A stretch of 63,730 nt of DNA, counting the filler, from Octopus bimaculoides (Eukaryota), in the NCBI RefSeq assembly GCF_001194135.2. It is 7 parts of 6 records of this genome, joined end to end, with 100 filler letters (N's around TTAATTAATTAA, not from the genome) between each part and the next. Parts side by side here need not be neighbours in the genome. Positions count along the whole stretch, not along the records: positions 60,269 to 62,513 come from NC_068983.1; positions 62,614 to 63,730 come from NC_068995.1; 5 more parts are not named here. The stretch is one strand, 5' to 3'. The notes below the pieces were generated by a model that saw only the letters and a list, made by a program, of their open reading frames with translations, was not told where the DNA came from and did not search any database. Below are positions 61,661 through 63,730 of this stretch, one piece after another (positions within the stretch are counted from its first letter, which is position 1; the number at the start of each line of letters is the position of its first letter). The position numbers and the translations under genes are program-made.

Positions 61661-61972
61661 CACGTAAGTTTTCAACATACAGGATACTCCAGTATAAATT
61701 TTTTAGCAAATTTTTCATCAGAACTAGAGAATAAAAGAATTACATGCTTGTTGCTAAATGGAGCCGCCTGAAACGGCCGTAATGCACTAATACCTGAACA
61801 TCCATGTTACTTATTCACGTAAGTTTTCAACATACAGGATACTCCATTATAAATTTTTTAGCAAATTTTTCATCAGAACTTGAGAATAAAAGAATTACAT
61901 GCTTGTTGCTAAATGGAGCCGCCTGAAACGGCCGTAATGCACTAATACCTGAACATCCTTGTTACTTATTCA
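61661..61972. repeat. 155-bp tandem duplication abutting a gap
   Basis: 61661-61815 is near identical to 61816-61970. Confidence 0.9.
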
Positions 61973-62473
61973 CCTTATATGTACACATACATACATACAT
62001 ACATACATACATACATACATACATACAACGATCATTTGGACTTATTTCTGCACTGCTCCCTAGTGGGTGGGGATCGATATAATAGAATCGAATGCAGCCC
62101 ATTGTACAGAAGAAGGCTCCTTATGTTACATAATAGGCTTCAGTGTTATAAGATGTACATTCCGCCAATATATGTTGATAGCATACGTGGGTTTTTTAGT
62201 AATTCACAAATATATTATTGAGGCAGAATGATTGGCGTATTTTCGAGGAGTCGTTGATAAAGAATACAAAAATCCAAAGCCAGGATTAATGGGGAGATTA
62301 GAATGGCTTTTGTACGTAAAGCACTCTAAACGTTGTGGAGTGCTTTGATATGGTTGATCGTGCGTGTCATTCGTCGCAACATGATCGAGAATTTGGTGGG
62401 GGTGTGGTTCACGTCCTTAGGCTTGGTGGCTGGCCAATGTTATATTTTAAATATTTTATATTTTAAACATAAC

Positions 62474-62513
<40 letters not shown>

Positions 62514-62613
62514 NNNNNNNNNNNNNNNNNNNNNNNNNNNNNNNNNNNNNNNNNNNNTTAATTAATTAANNNNNNNNNNNNNNNNNNNNNNNNNNNNNNN
62601 NNNNNNNNNNNNN

Positions 62614-62645
<32 letters not shown>

Positions 62646-62909
62646 CTTAAAAACGATGCACCGATGCACTTCACCAGAATTTTTCCACTCGGGCCCAGTG
62701 TAGCAAACCACTCCAAATCCTTGTTAGAATATCTGTGTAAGCTTAATACTTGGATCTTTAAGATGTTTGTCCGAGCCAGCGAGAAGGTAAAGACATCATA
62801 TGTATAAACGTGTACTCTCACTCTCTCTCACGCACACCCACACACACACGCATGTACGCACACATACGCCATACGCATACACAAAGACACACACATCCAT
62901 ACAAAATGC

Positions 62910-62942
<33 letters not shown>

Positions 62943-63014
62943 CACACATACATACATACATACATATATACATACATACATACATACATACATACATGCA
63001 TGCATTCATACATG

Positions 63015-63047
<33 letters not shown>

Positions 63048-63207
63048 ATTGATAAGTAGTTTGCGAATCTAGTACCCAAGATACACTTTTAGCTACATAC
63101 CTATTATCATTGGAGCAACAAGATACATACTAACCTGTCTGGAGCAACGTATGGTTGGACTTAGGATACTGGGGCGAGAATGCAATTCCTTAATTCACAT
63201 GCTACTA

Positions 63208-63580
63208 CAGCACTCCGTCGGGTACGACGACGAGGGTTCCAGTTGGTCCAATCAACGGAACAGCCTGCTCGTGTAATTAACGGGTATGTGACTGAGCACT
63301 CCACGTACAAGTGTACCCTCAGCGTAGTCCTCGGGTGACTGAGCAGGACACAGAGTGTGACAAGGCTGGCCCTTTGAAATACAGATACAACAAAAAGAAA
63401 GAGTGAGAGAAAGTTGTGGGGAAAGAGTACATCAGAGTTCACCACCAGCCCCTGCCGGAGTCTGGTGGAGCTTTAAGTGTTTTCGCTCAATAAACACACA
63501 CAACGGCCGGTCTTGGAATTGAAACTGCGATCCTATGACCGCGGCTCCGTTGCCCCAACCACTGGGCCATTGCGCCTCCA
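63208..63580 (-). mobile_element. Family C SINE, near full length
   Basis: Head GGAGGCGCAATGGCCCAGTGGTTGGGG on minus strand; tail CCAACTGGAACCCTCGTCGTCG. Confidence 0.85.
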
Positions 63581-63730
63581 CTCATATGCTATAAATGATC
63601 ACGGTATCTGTGACTATACAAATATGCAAGACCTTCAGATTTAAAGGATGATGGTTAAAAAAAGATATTTCCTTCATAACCTTGCTACCAAGTAGGTGGC
63701 CGGTCAAAAGTTACTCTAAATATATATATA

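Noticed and set aside
61700-61725. Minus-strand CTGATGA...GAAA hammerhead in the 155-bp unit
   Set aside because: No stem II pairing, an extra A in GAAA, and stem I does not form
62050-62450. Possible LINE C-terminal CCHC remnant on the minus strand (QHILAECTSY)
   Set aside because: One short motif only
62640-62790. Open frames on both strands with a plus-strand AAG|GTAAAG donor-like site, tested as TMEM199 5' exon
   Set aside because: No similarity to TMEM199 or any recognised protein; lies in a different assembly segment

Overview
AT-rich, microsatellite-saturated eukaryotic DNA. The repeat landscape (tRNA-derived SINEs, Penelope-like elements, R4/Dong, RTE and CR1 LINEs, mariners) points to an octopod cephalopod; the species cannot be fixed from sequence alone. 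The window is not contiguous: six artificial 100-nt spacers (N44-TTAATTAATTAA-N44) cut it into seven segments. The segment 37817-60168 carries two conserved genes in tandem on the minus strand. One is the 3' four coding exons of TMEM199/VMA12 (56391-59539). The other is the 5' part of LZTR1: 12 clear exons (39246-52950, 409 codons, Kelch repeats plus the start of BTB1) and a probable 13th exon at 37988-38041. Both genes run off the segment ends. The rest is transposon relics and tandem repeats. The most notable details are: minimal hammerhead-ribozyme motifs at Penelope-type 3' ends; GG-terminated, 8-bp-TSD MITEs carrying head-to-head TTAGGG telomere repeats; a twin-primed (5'-inverted) RTE-type LINE with its TSD in an LZTR1 intron; and a nest of R4/Dong LINEs in (AAT)n.
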